A stretch of 64,000 bases of DNA from Octopus sinensis (lineage: Eukaryota), in assembly GCF_006345805.1 (NCBI RefSeq), contig NC_043002.1:63922001-63986000 (forward strand), in the 5' to 3' direction. Below the pieces are notes generated by a model, which worked only from the letters and a program-made list of their open reading frames with translations, did no database searches and was not told the DNA's origin. Each line of letters starts with the position of its first letter. Within the stretch, counting starts at the first letter, position 1. The position numbers and the translations under genes were made by a program. Shown here one piece after another: positions 22,802 to 36,567 of the stretch.

Positions 22802-23401
22802 GCACGATCTTTTACACAATATATTCTACAAAATACTTCATAGTAATTATTCCATTATAACATATGCTTAAATATGTGTGTGTGTGTGTGTATATATATT
22901 GAAGTATGTATATATATGAGAGTGTGTGTGTGTGTGTGAGTATAAACATGTATGTATAACTGTTTATTCACTCATCAAAAACCGCTGACAAACACGTTCA
23001 GACGGCTTCACATATAAATATTCATACGTACATTCCCATATGCACACACGAACCCCAATATGCTTGCGTGCATGTTTGTGTGTAACTATATGTATAAACA
23101 TGTATATGTAAAAAGTTTCAAAACCACACATGTATATAGTTGTAGGTTAATGTGCATAAACACACACACACACACACACACACACAGATATATATATATA
23201 TTCATATATACCTACGTACATGCATAAACGTATACATAATTTTATGTATATATGTACGTATGGATATATGCAGGTATATGGTATATATATATGTATATAT
23301 ATGTATATATACCTATATATATATATGTGTGTATATGTGCGTGTGCGTATATATAAATATATATATGTATATATAAACATACAATAATACGTGTATATAT
23401 A

Positions 23402-23439
<38 letters not shown>

Positions 23440-23441
<2 letters not shown>

Positions 23442-23760
23442 TCTAATGGAACACCTTATCGTAAAGAGCGTGCCAAAACTGAAAGCCATATAGAATGGCT
23501 TCCCAAGATTATCTCTCCTCTGCTTTTATTCCCTTCAGTAAACTAGAAATGCAACGGACATTTCAGCAAAATCGATGTGGCATATTTCTAGTATTTGGAA
23601 TCGGACTGGAGAATTTGCAGAAAAGATAAATCCCAATGCAGTGAAAATATGGTTCGGGGAGAAAATAGAATATTATGATAAAGGATATAAGACACAGATT
23701 ATTTATAAAGCACACAGTTTTCCAACATGGATCTAAAATAAATATATTCATCCATTGCTC
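23440..23760 (+). mobile_element. Possible LINE reverse-transcriptase remnant
   Basis: Frameshifted LSPLL-like motif (CTCTCCTCTGCTTTTATTCC) followed by a short open stretch; heavily decayed. Confidence 0.3.
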
Positions 23761-23885
23761 CGTAAGTACATGGTGTTCCGTGTATATTTATATATTTACA
23801 TAAGTATAAATACATGTACGTTTGTGTGCAAGTGTGAGTGTATATGTGTGTCTGTATACGTATGCATATATATTATATATATATA

Positions 23886-23933
<48 letters not shown>

Positions 23934-23964
23934 CATATACATATATATATATATATATAATATA

Positions 23965-24022
<58 letters not shown>

Positions 24023-24037
24023 TATATAAATTTATAA

Positions 24038-24076
<39 letters not shown>

Positions 24077-24082
<6 letters not shown>

Positions 24083-24946
24083 GATCTCATAAATAATACG
24101 GTTTTTCAATTGCATGATTTAACAGCGGAGGGGGACGGGATAATCTACCTGCATCAACTTGCTATAAAAGCAGATGGTAATTTTATCTCGTCATTAATGC
24201 AAGTTTTGAAGAGTGCAGTTCGATTTTAACAGTTATCTTTTCAAAGCTATAATGGAACTGACAAAGGAAGATATTCGGCATATTTTGCTTTATGAATTCG
24301 ATAAGCGCAATAACAGAACGGAAAGTTCGAAGAATATTTATGCAACGTATTGGGAACGGACAATAAGCGCAAGCCAATGTTAAAGGTGGTTCAAGAAATT
24401 CCGAGCCGGAAACTACAACGTTCAGGACGAGCCTCGTGTTGGAAGATACGTAAAGCTCGACGAAGTCGTCCTGTAAACATTGGTGGAACAAAATCTTATC
24501 ATAACTGTTGAGGAAATAGCAGAGAAGCTTGGATTTGGTCATTCGCCATTCATCGACACCAGCATGCCATCGGAAAATCAGCAAATTGTGTCAATCGGTT
24601 CCTCACAAAATTTCTGAGTTTAATGATCAGCCACATGCAGTGAGGATAATATTCCAAAGGCAGGAACAGTTTGAATGGGAAACGGTGCCTCTTCCACCAT
24701 ATTCGCCGGCTATTGCTCCATCTGATTATCATTTATTCCGCAGACTTCAAAATCATTTGGTCGGAAAGTATATGAATTCTGTAGACGAGGTGCTGAAGTA
24801 GTATTTTTCGTCAGGAATAACTAGCAGATAGATGTAAGACATTGTAGGAAATGAAAGAGAGTATATTTTAGATTAAATAACAAATTTGTTTTTGTTAAAT
24901 TTACGAAATATGAGTAGAAAAAATGCATCATTAATAAATGACCTGA
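24077..24946 (+). mobile_element. mariner transposon, internally deleted and decayed
   Basis: IRHILLYEFDK...WFKKFRAGNYNVQDEPRVGR...EEIAEKLGFGH (mariner HTH) joined to WETVPLPPYSPAIAPSDYHLFRRLQNHL (YSPDLAP motif); degenerate TIRs flanked by TA. Confidence 0.92.
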
Positions 24947-25119
24947 TATATATATATATACTTATATATGTATGTATGTATATGTATATATATATATATA
25001 TATACTTAATTATGTATACATATATATTTATCTAATCATAAATATATATGAATATATGCGAGTGTATCTATGTATATACATGTATGGATATATATATATA
25101 CATATTTATATATATGTAC

Positions 25120-25154
<35 letters not shown>

Positions 25155-25570
25155 CGTGCATGTGTGTGTCGGTGTATATGTTTGTGTCTGTATGTGTGTT
25201 TTGCACTAATATGTATTTACGTGTACTTTGCTGTTTGTCTGAGCGTAGATGTACATATGGTCATAAGGTGGTGAAATTTCGTTAGGAAATCAATTTAAAT
25301 ATAATTCTCACTTTGGTACTTTAAAGGAGGCAGATTTCAATAATCGTCTTCGCAAGACATAGTAGGGTTGATCGGTAATGATACGATAAATCAATGCTCG
25401 GCGATAAAAGGTGTGCATTACCTAATCACCTCTCTTGCGCTATTGTCTTCAGCGCAATACATTGAATATTAAGTGAATTCAAGAGCTTAGATAATAAAAC
25501 TACTGAAGTTTTCACTGCGTTTCCGACGCCATTCGACAACAACTGATAAAATTTATAACTTATACATATT

Positions 25571-25631
<61 letters not shown>

Positions 25632-25869
25632 GTACGCATATGCATCGCGCCTGAGGGGGAAGGGATCTTACCTTAAATAAAATGATTTGAGAGTAAAGAT
25701 ACTACGTCTAACGAGATTTAACTTTCTTTGAAATTTGATATATGTAAGTGTAAATATTTACGAAAAGTTTGATTTCTATACATATTCATGATTGTACTTA
25801 CATATACGTGTGGGCGTGTGTCTGTGTGCTTTTATATATGTGTGCATGGATGCATGTATATATGTATAA

Positions 25870-25970
<101 letters not shown>

Positions 25971-26009
25971 GTGTGTGTTTATATGTATATAAACACATAT
26001 CACTCTCAT

Positions 26010-26252
26010 CTACTCTTATACTTGTTTCAGTCATTTCACTGCGGCCATGCTAGTGCACCGCGTTTAGTCGAGCAATTCGACACAAGAACATATTCTTTCT
26101 GAGATTTATACTTACTCTATCGGTTTCTTTTCCCGATACGGTTAAGTTACGGGGACGTAAACGCACGAGCATCGGTTGTAAAGCGATGCTCGGGTGACAA
26201 ACACAGACACAAACACAAACACACACAAACACACACACACATACACAGACAC

Positions 26253-26304
<52 letters not shown>

Positions 26305-26477
26305 GTATACATATATACGACGGGCTTCTTTCAGTATCTGTCGACCAAACCCACTTACAAGACTTTGGTCGGCACGAGGCTATAGTAGAAGACACTTTCC
26401 CAAGGTGTCACGCAGTGGGACTGAACCCGGAGCAATGTGGTTGGTAAGCAAGCTACTTACCACACATCCACCCCTCC
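26010..26477 (-). mobile_element. SINE family A, full-length copy
   Basis: Reverse complement of family A including the internal (TA)n/(CA)n tract (GCAGTGGGACTGAACCCGG...GGTAAGCAAGCTACTTACCACAC). Confidence 0.92.
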
Positions 26478-26533
26478 ACATATGTATTATATGTATGTAT
26501 GTATATATATAAAACATATATTTACATACATAT

Positions 26534-26850
<317 letters not shown>

Positions 26851-26878
26851 CCTTTATATATATATACATAAATACATA

Positions 26879-27005
<127 letters not shown>

Positions 27006-27287
27006 TAGTGTTAATCCAAACATGAAAACACAAAGAGAAAACACAACAATGCGAGGGCGTGCAACAAATATATATATATATTGGTTGTCTACTCTCTATG
27101 TAGCGTTTGACCACCTGCTGTACCAACACTTTAGAACCATCACGATATGTGGTGTGGCCCCTAAACCAAAGTTTCGACAAGACACTTATCACCTATCCGA
27201 TTTGAACCACCCAGAGCTGCAATTAAGTTACTGGTATATATGTTGCTTTATATATTTCTGTATATAAAGCATCGAACAACTCGTACT

Positions 27288-27387
27288 TGTTTTGTTTTTG
27301 TATCGTCTATCTGGATGTCTTGTTGTCCCTTTTTTTATCACCAACTTGTCCGGATGTTTTGCGTTCTTGTCCCATTTCGTATTGTAC
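27288..27387 (-). repeat. Interspersed repeat shared with 51930-52030 (inverted)
   Basis: About 95 bp, about 88% identical by eye (AAATGGGACAAGA.CGCAAAACATCCGGACAA...ACATCCAGATAG). Confidence 0.85.
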
Positions 27388-27398
27388 ACACACACACT

Positions 27399-27430
<32 letters not shown>

Positions 27431-28859
27431 CATATATATATCTATATATATATATATTATATATATATATATATAATATATATATATATATATGTATACA
27501 CATTACGAGAGAGGGTAGATGGGAGGGGATAATGAACACTGCAATTTAGAAACTAAATACACAGGTGCTAAAATCATATACATTTAGAACTTCAACATGA
27601 CAAATATTCTCAATAAATAGATATACCTGAAAATTGAATGGCTTCACAAAGTGGACTGAGCATTGTTTTTCGAGAGAAACTAATTGTATTATCTTGACTA
27701 CCTTGACTACCTTCTCCAAGAGAATGTAAGGATAAGTGGAATTCGTAGAAATACATCGACTAGCATGAAATTAACAGGAATATTTTGGGGCCTTTTCCTT
27801 TCAGAGTTACATTGTAATCCAAGAATTAATTCCCCTACTTAAAATCTACGACGATGCAATGACGACGGCTTTTTTGCGTGGAAAGAAATGGTCTAGTGTA
27901 ATTCTGTGACGCAGTTGTCTAGACGAGAGAAGATCAAAAGAAATCGTTTGCAATTCGTAATCAAAGATATCAATGATGAAAGTCGTATACGTTTAAGAAG
28001 ATGTTGATTATATCTAAGGAAATTTTCGTTTGAAGATTATTTGAAAAACGTTGATTTTTATGTACAACGAAGTCGAAGTAATGATGATATAAAAGTAGGA
28101 TACTAAAAACAGGAGGAAAAACAATATCATTAATAAAGAGTGCATTATCAATATTAAGTGATTTTTCGGACAAAACATAAATTCATATTTTGGTTTATTG
28201 TTAGGTGTTAGTCACTGCCTCACTGTTTCCCTTTTACAATCACCACCCACTACTGCCTGAATAACTTTAACTTGCGATTTACTAACAAATGTCAAATGTT
28301 TCGATTAATATACAATTGCCTGAAACTATGACAAAATGTATATATAGAATGATTCTTTGGTTCTTTTTTTTTTATAGAAGCAGCTTTATATTTCAATGCA
28401 ACATCAGTAATTAAAGATCAAGCATTTGAACTTTTGTTCGTAATGCTCCTTGATACTTGTCTCTTATAGAAACAGCTGCATTTCATAATACAATATCCCG
28501 GTGCAAGGACTAAATATGTGATCCTTGCTTGGTAATGTTTCCTAAATTCTATTTGTTACGTTGAACAACTTTCTGAAATATACTAAATTCAGATTCATTT
28601 CATTCAGTCAATCAAATGTTGCAGTTGCCCCACCTGGAAGTAAAAACAAAGGGCAACAATTTCGAACATAATGTCCGTTGAGTCTACTTTTCCATTTGAA
28701 TTACACTCAAATTGGCATGCTGATTGCAAATCTACAGTCAGTTATCTTCTGTTACGTCCAGTTTTCTTTTTCCTATGCACACCTGAATAATAAGTATAAT
28801 TGTATTGTTCATCCGTATGAAATGGGGCTGATCAGCTTATTTTATTATTTAACACTGGG

Positions 28860-29560
28860 GAACATTTACGAAGAAAATTTTAGTTAAACTGCTCTTTACA
28901 ATAAATCTATCTAATTTGATGTTGCTGGGTTCAAAAATGCCCTGAGAAATTTCCTATCACGTCAAATACATTTGCTAAACAAGAATACATTTTCTACCAA
29001 ACAATGTCGATTTTGCCATTAAATGCAATACTAAAATAAGAAACTATATAGTATTTTGTATTGTTTTTACAGATATATTCCACAAAATGTTTAATTGCAC
29101 ATCTTTGGATAAATATGTGAATCAAACTGGATTTCCAGCAAGGAACGAAGTTTATATTTGCTGTTTTACGTGAATATCTTATATTACGACAGTCTCGTTG
29201 CAGCAACCAGCGGTTGTGAGCCATGGCGTTTACGCTCCCCCTTTCATGATACCTAGTTTCCATAGACTAGATGTATTGGTGGAATCTTTCATGTTTTTTA
29301 TCATTTACTGCCCTATGCTTTTCAGGAAAGTAGTTCATATGATTCTGCAGGAAAAGCACTTTTACACATATGCTGCAGCTCAGTGCTCGAAAACTAGTTG
29401 ACAGGGTCTGCACAAGTCCGTCATAATGTGACACCTTCCTGTTTTCCAGAAATTCAGTTACATCTGAAGCAAAAATATTCCGTGCTTGTTTTTCAACGCC
29501 AGACATTATCTCCAAAAGTGCTTCTCCTGCAATAGCCACCTAATCATTGGACAATTAAAC
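28860..29560 (-). mobile_element. DNA transposase C-terminal relic (widespread invertebrate family)
   Basis: FLENRKVSHYDGLVQTLSTSFRALSCSICVKVLFLQNHMNYFPEKHRAVNDKKHERFHQ / METRYHERGSVNAMAHNRWLLQRD matches the recalled motif LKxHFLHSHLDFFPENxGAVSDEHGERFHQ...MExRYQGxW. Superfamily not assigned. Confidence 0.75.
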
Positions 29561-30044
29561 GCAACAAACTTAATTTTATAGCAACATAAAGCTGACGATT
29601 TTCTGCTTACGTATTTGAAAGTCAGTTCCTCAGTATTTCAACATGTATTACTATATGGGATGCCCAGGATTTGACTTCAGTGCCCTTTCATGCCTGTGAA
29701 AATATCAGTTTGTTTCGCTGCCTAGATAAAGTGTAACATCTACAAATATAGCAGAAGACATCGCAGCTGTCTTACATTTTCTTCTCTTAGAACTAGCTTT
29801 ATTTCCGAAATACAATGCATATATTCAAACGAGTTGTCACATGGGGAAAGCATTTTCAGAATTGTCTTAAAATGATTCTTTAAAATTACACATGAAATTT
29901 AATTTAAATCGCAAATCTGTATTCATGCACATTTAGATGTATTCACATTTTTAAATGTTCTATTTAATTCAAACTGTAAAGTGACAATTACGTTGTACAG
30001 TATTTCCATTTGCTAAAATTTATTTGTCTCCTGTTATTTCCCAG

Positions 30045-30087
30045 CAAATGTCACATCACATTCCTTCACGTCGATTGCTTGATCAAC
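30045..30087 (+). CDS. Candidate 43-nt exon
   Basis: Long pyrimidine tract ending TTATTTCCCAG and AAC|GTAAGT donor; two frames are open (QMSHHIPSRRLLDQ or KCHITFLHVDCLIN). Confidence 0.3.
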
Positions 30088-30899
30088 GTAAGTGTGTTAT
30101 TATTAATGTCCAAATTCCAGTTCTCAGATTTGCCTATTTAATCAGACATATATATCATGCATTGGTTTTATATATCATAATTTGTCATAATGATGCTTCA
30201 TTTGAAGAAAGTGAGCTGGCGGACAAAATACAAAGCGGCTATTCTCCCGTCGTACATTTCATCATATATTCAGAGTTAAAATTATGCCGATATTGACTTT
30301 GCCAGCCATTCCTTCGGGATCGATAAAATAAATATCAACTGAGCGCTGAGATCGACTAGACTTCTTTCCCAAAATTTCCGGCCTTGTTCCTATAGCAGAA
30401 AACGAATATGATGTTCCATTGCTAACAAAAAGAAAAACGTAACAGCATAATCCAGATAAATTAAATGATTACTAAATGTCGGTAAACATTCGATTTATCC
30501 CTTCGTCACCAAGTTATTATAGCAGTAACTCTAGGCGTGGGGGGAGGGGGACAATAAAAAGCCCAGCGTGTTGCACTATACTACAAACTCCAGTTTCATT
30601 TTAGTGCTGAACTTCTAAATTTTTGGCGAATTGCACGTTGTAAATTATCATATGTTATCCTATACACCTTAACTACCTGCATTCCGCAATCAAACGTCGA
30701 AGTCTACATATGCGATAAAATGCATTTATATAATTCACGTATATTTTCTGGCAAACTTATTACGATACTATTATCTCAGCTGCAATTCTCTATATATTAT
30801 CAATAGTTTGACATGGTGATTATAGAAAATTGGCTTAATTCAATGTATTAATGTACGAAATATCTGATCTACGGTATTCGTTTGACAGAATGGAAGTTA

Positions 30900-31270
30900 C
30901 GGATACGAGTCAGAACGACAGACGAATTGTTGAAATCTTGAGACAGAAAAGATGGACATTAAAGCTGAAATAAGCTTTATATCGGAATCTCAGCAGAAAA
31001 ATGGAAATGTGTTGAAGAAGTAATAAAGGAAAATTCTTGGAAGTGAAAGCTGGTGAAGCAGAAAGATTATCAATGCATGAGACACTAGAGGAAGTTCGAG
31101 AGCGTTATGAAATAATAAATGAGATTATAGTGAACGTGAAGTTATCAAAAAGACTATTATTGTCTAGAAATGATAGAGTATTAATAACAACTGATATAGA
31201 CATACAAAAAAAGAAGATGGAAGGCCCATATTAATACGGACATAATTAAGAGATTTAATAGTAGAAATAT
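30900..31270 (+). mobile_element. Possible Ty3/Gypsy integrase C-terminal remnant
   Basis: LSRNDRVLITTDIDIQKKKMEGPY resembles the GPY/F module; flanks are decayed. Confidence 0.4.
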
Positions 31271-31707
31271 AGGTAAAATTATTGAAGAGTGTTCTATATG
31301 GTTGTACCGAATGTAAGTTGAAGAAATTGGAAGTCATACACTAAGAAAAAGAAACTACACACAAACACAAAATAAAAAGAAGACAGAAAAACTCCCGAAA
31401 TATATAGAAATGTAAGAGAACTAATAAAAACATGTGAGCAATTAATTATATCGTTATAATTGAAAATGTTTCTTATTAAATGGAATTTTGAACAGACTAC
31501 CAAAGGGAGGAATAGGTGAGTGTGTTGTGCCCGAGGAAGAGAGATGAAGGAATCTCTGACAGGGTAGGAATTATGGGAATCTAACTGAAAGGAAGTTTTC
31601 ATGACGAGGATGGGATAGGTAATAGACATTGATTTAAAGGATTACGAACGAGGATCCCGATGGTCATAGAAAATAACAATAAAATACACATGTATGCATA
31701 TATATGC

Positions 31708-31753
<46 letters not shown>

Positions 31754-31831
31754 CATGCATAATACATGCATATATATGTATGTATATGTGTATGCATATA
31801 TATATATAGATATGTGTGTGTATGTAGTGTG

Positions 31832-31881
<50 letters not shown>

Positions 31882-31972
31882 GATATGTATATATATATAT
31901 ATATTGGTAAAACGGTAAGATAACAAAAGAAAGAAAGATACCTCAATATTATGTAAATAGAGGAAATTTATC

Positions 31973-32158
31973 TATACAATAATATGTTATATTACTCGAT
32001 AGTCAAGATAAAACTCTGAGTTTCAGATGCCGAAGTGGAAATCCACAACACCATCTCTTGATAGCCAGATAACCGAAGAGATGGTGTTGTGGATTTCCAC
32101 TTCGGCATCTGAAACTCAGAGTTTTATCTTGACTATCGAGTAATGTAACATATTATTG

Positions 32159-32162
<4 letters not shown>
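31973..32162. repeat. 87-bp near-perfect inverted repeat, 16-nt loop
   Basis: 31973-32059 vs 32076-32162, one mismatch (T/G); sits between (TA)n arrays. Confidence 0.97.
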
Positions 32163-32196
<34 letters not shown>

Positions 32197-32232
32197 GTTA
32201 TATACACATTTATATGTATGTATATATATATA

Positions 32233-32400
32233 TTTCTTTCATTTGTTTCAGTACGTTGACTGCGTCCATGCTGGAGCACCGCCTTTTATAGAACTAATCG
32301 AGGCAAGGACTTATTCTTTGTAAGCCTAGTACATATTCTATCGGTATTTTTTGCCGAACCGCTAGTGTACGATGACAGAAAAACACCAACATCAATATTG
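32233..32400 (-). mobile_element. SINE family A, 3' fragment
   Basis: CCATGCTGGAGCACCGCCTT...CTTATTCTTTGTAAGCCTAGTAC...TTTTGCCGAACCGCTA. Confidence 0.85.
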
Positions 32401-32441
32401 ATTGAAGGTATGGTTACAGAGACACTCCCAAAGTCATACAT

Positions 32442-32477
<36 letters not shown>

Positions 32478-32486
32478 TTATATATA

Positions 32487-33352
32487 CTAGCACTATGACC
32501 CGGCGTTGCCGGGTCTAGTGCTAGGGCTTGTTGCTCGGTGCCGGATCGCAGTGAAATCGTTCAGAAAATCAAGAACTAAGTTTCATATCAGATTTCATCC
32601 TGGGCCAGTTTCGTTGCTTTTGAGCTAGTTAGAGATTTATATGAGGGGTTTGTAAGTTTTGGTTTCACACCCAACCCACCGAAAAGATCAACCTAATGAT
32701 CCTAAGTATCAGCTATGTAGATATCAAATGATTCGATCTGTAGCGAAATTAAGCCGTTAAATTTATGCAAACAAAGAAACGTTTCGAAAAATCCCTTAAG
32801 GGTTCAACACGCTGGATATTTTATTCAATTGAAAGCGCTTTTTAAGTAGAGTCATTAAATAGGCTCCAACTCCCATATGACATACTTCAAGAATGATAGC
32901 ATAGCAAGCATATTGACCTTTCATGAAAATCCCGCTTTTTCTTGGCATTCACTTAGCCGTATCCGTTAATTAATTATTTCTTACGTGTTCATAAACTGGC
33001 CTCTTAGTTTGCGCATTGAGTCATGCATACATATACAGCTGCGTGCGTGCACACATACACGCGTGTACTGTCTAAATCTCCGACCAATCACATACAGCTA
33101 GCTGGCATGAAATAGGCGTATCAGGTTTCGCGCATTTTGATTGGGTTTTGGATAGAAAATTCACAAATAAGTTACTTCTATTGATTTTTAATGGCTTTGC
33201 GGGGTAACTGGGGAAATGTAAGGATGTGCATAACCACCCTTAGACGGTTGCAAATGACCATAGAAAGTACGAGCCCTCTAACTGAAAAATTGTTTATTTA
33301 TATGAAGGACACACACACAAACACACACACACACAGACATTTTGCCGTTTAT
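32487..33352 (-). mobile_element. Non-autonomous Helitron
   Basis: On the minus strand the 3' end is hairpin CCCGG-CAACG-CCGGG followed by CTAG|T. The 5' part has the (GT)n/GTCTG microsatellite and resembles the start of the 40999 element. The exact 5' TC was not found. Confidence 0.7.
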
Positions 33353-34879
33353 TTTGCAGTAATTCGACGGCAGAGAAATCATGTTTTCTAAATTTATTCT
33401 AAACAATATCGATATACGTATTTTATTAACATGATACACTAACACGTATTTACTTATATTTACCTTCTCCATAATGAATTAATCAGTTTCACAATAATAC
33501 TATATTTGAATTTTTTTTTCGTAACTTTTGACAAGATTAATGCCTTAAACTTAGGGATTACATTACAGGTTTCGTTTCTTTATATATATATTTCTTTATT
33601 CCTTATTTTTTATTCCTCATCATATTATGAAGTAAGTTAAATTTTAGCTATTAAATTTTTTGTAGAAATTTGACCTGCGGAGAGACTGATTTGGGGAGTA
33701 AAATCATTTCCCCGTTCTAATGAACTTGCATATAGTTTCCTTATATGATTTTATATAGTCTTAACCCAGCCATGAAACGCGCGTAGTCAATGTACAAGTA
33801 CTTACTTTTATACATTATATTATTGTATTCATTTAATTGTTGAATTTATAATTTATTTGACTTTTGATTAATATTTTTATGATGAATGTTTCTTTGTAGG
33901 GTATTCACTGAGATTTTTAAAGTATTTGCTCTCATATGTCATATGATTATAATAATCTTAATGTTCAATATTACATATTATTAAAATTTTAGATTAGTTT
34001 ATTTATGGTATATGTCTCACAGAATGGTTTGGATGGGTTCTTTATTGACTGAGTTTTGCAGTGGTGGTTCCTCTCTAAATTAATTATATATATATATATA
34101 TTATTGTGTGTGTACACACACAACCAAAACACACGCACGCACACATACACATGCCCATACGCATGGTAAACACATATAGGCATGACCATAGACGCTATAA
34201 ATTTACGTTTATGTTCCTTCATATGCACTCGCATATCTGCCCCGCTTTTCACTGGGGCAGTCTCTCTCTTGTGTATATCTTTCCCTTTTTCCCCCTCTCA
34301 TTACGTCTCTCTCCTTTCCTCTACTCCTTCTCTCCCTCTCCCTCACTCTCTTTCTCTCGCTTTCTTCCTTGTTCACTCTCTTTTTCTCCCTCACACCAGC
34401 CCCTTCCTAGATTCTAAACACATGTCATAATTGAGTTGGCAAGATTTATCATACATGAAATGCATGTGAAATTATATTCGATTTATGCTACAGCGATTAA
34501 CAAATACTATTTACGTTGCGGTATAATTGAAGAATATTCACATATTCTGTTTTATTTCTTTGAATTTTACCATTTATACTTAATATATTTTTCTTTCCAC
34601 TTGCACGTATTTTACTTTTGCAATCCCGTTTTTTCTACACTTCCATTTGTGTTTCCTCTCATAATAACTTTCATAGTATTCTTGTTGCCATTTCAATGAA
34701 ACTTTCAAAATATTTCTATTAATACCAATGCTAAACTATAAGACAATTATATATTGCTTTAAAACAGTTATTACTCCCATTAATATTACAAATTGTAATA
34801 GTGCCACTTTTGCTTTAATATTTTTTCGATATATTCGTACTCAACAGACCAGATTTTCAAAACAAAAAATCACAAAAAT

Positions 34880-34930
34880 GAAATAATAGATTCTTGTTCT
34901 TGTTCTTGTTCTTGTTCTTGTTGCTGCTGC

Positions 34931-34964
<34 letters not shown>

Positions 34965-35025
34965 CTTCTTCTTCTTCTTCTTCTTCTTCTTCTTCTTCTT
35001 CTTCTTCTTCTTTTTCTTCTTCTTT

Positions 35026-35077
<52 letters not shown>
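34880..35077. repeat. Compound (TTG)n/(TTC)n/(ATT)n microsatellite
   Basis: Direct inspection. Confidence 0.95.
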
Positions 35078-35081
<4 letters not shown>

Positions 35082-35576
35082 CCTGCACCATAACTCAGAA
35101 GTGAAACCGCCCAGGTGTTGATAGTTTCAATCTTGTTCCGGTCTTTAAATTTCGATTTTAGGATCAGTCTCAGTCTGCGCAAGTACTCCACCCTAAATTT
35201 TTCTTTCATTTCTTTCTCCATTAATTTTTTCCATTTCCCAAATCCCCATGTACTTGTAGCTCGTCTCTTTTTTCTGCTTCAGAATCTACAGCGGTGGTAT
35301 CGTTAGCCCATGCATAGATTTTATTTTGCCTCTCTTCAAGTCTAACATACCACACTTTCTCAGTCAGAACACTACTCTGATATAAGCATTGAAGGTATAC
35401 ACCGTTTCAACGAGAGAACTGACTAGAGATTCATTGTTACAATAACGTTTGAAGTCATCAATTATTAACAAGTAGTTGACTTCTTGTTGGTGGCTTTTGA
35501 ATACTTACCCAGCTTCTCCTTTCCTCAGAATCAATGTTAGTGGTATCAAGCATGGTAACATTCCCTTTATCCTACA

Positions 35577-35577
<1 letters not shown>
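35078..35577 (-). mobile_element. R4/Dong-type LINE internal RT fragment
   Basis: CLIPLTLILRK...LLIIDDFKRY...KCGMLDLKRGK...EYLRRLRLILKSK...IETINTWAVSLLSYGAGV (decayed YxDD region); (AAT)n on both sides. Confidence 0.85.
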
Positions 35578-35638
<61 letters not shown>

Positions 35639-36567
35639 GTAGTAGTAGTAGTAGCAGCAGCAGTATTATTATTATTATTATTATCATTATTATCATTATT
35701 ATTATTATTATTATCATTATTATTATTATCATTATTATATGTTGATTTGTTTGTACACGGAGGGCAACGTTGTGTATCGTATACTTTTGAAGATGTACAT
35801 ACACGTACATGTATATCGTCTCGTTTATGCTTGACAAAATATATGAATATATGAATATTTTCTCTTCCCTAAACACAACTTTGTGCAAAAGCTACCTTTA
35901 CTTATGCATCAAGTCTTTTGTCTCCTCAATAGCAATCGTTTCTGAAGGAAAGTAGTGCCGATACAGCATGGCTAAACTCCCAATGCATAATAGGTTTCAA
36001 AGCGAAAGAAGCCAGATTATTTTATCAAATGCATAATTACTATGTATTATACAATGCTACATACACCGTCGATTGACGTCACCCATAAAATTATTGATTA
36101 GTATAAATGGAGTTAACTCAATCGTCACAAATTTAAGTTAATTTAGGCAAATAGTTTGAATACTCGACAATATTATAAGAGAAGTCACAGTATATAATTG
36201 TTTGCAGCTCTCCTATAAAAGCATGAAATTACACCAAGTAGACATAATTTTCATTCTCCAAGAAAATTCTTATGTAAAAACCTGGAAATGCTTAGTAACA
36301 GATTCCTCATTCTCATATACCCAGGACAAAAACTTGAATCAGATTTTCATATTCAATGCTGTAATACTTTATTAAAGCTGTTCACTCAGGACAGTCAATA
36401 CACACAAATAATAATGGCAACATATACACTCAAAAACATTGATATATTCTCAATAACATTCTCTTTATTCTACGTAATATTTTCTTACTGTGAGCATTAA
36501 TTTCTTTTTTATTTCACTCCTACTAATAACGCCTGCACGCATTCGCTAACGAAAAGATTTCAGTCAT

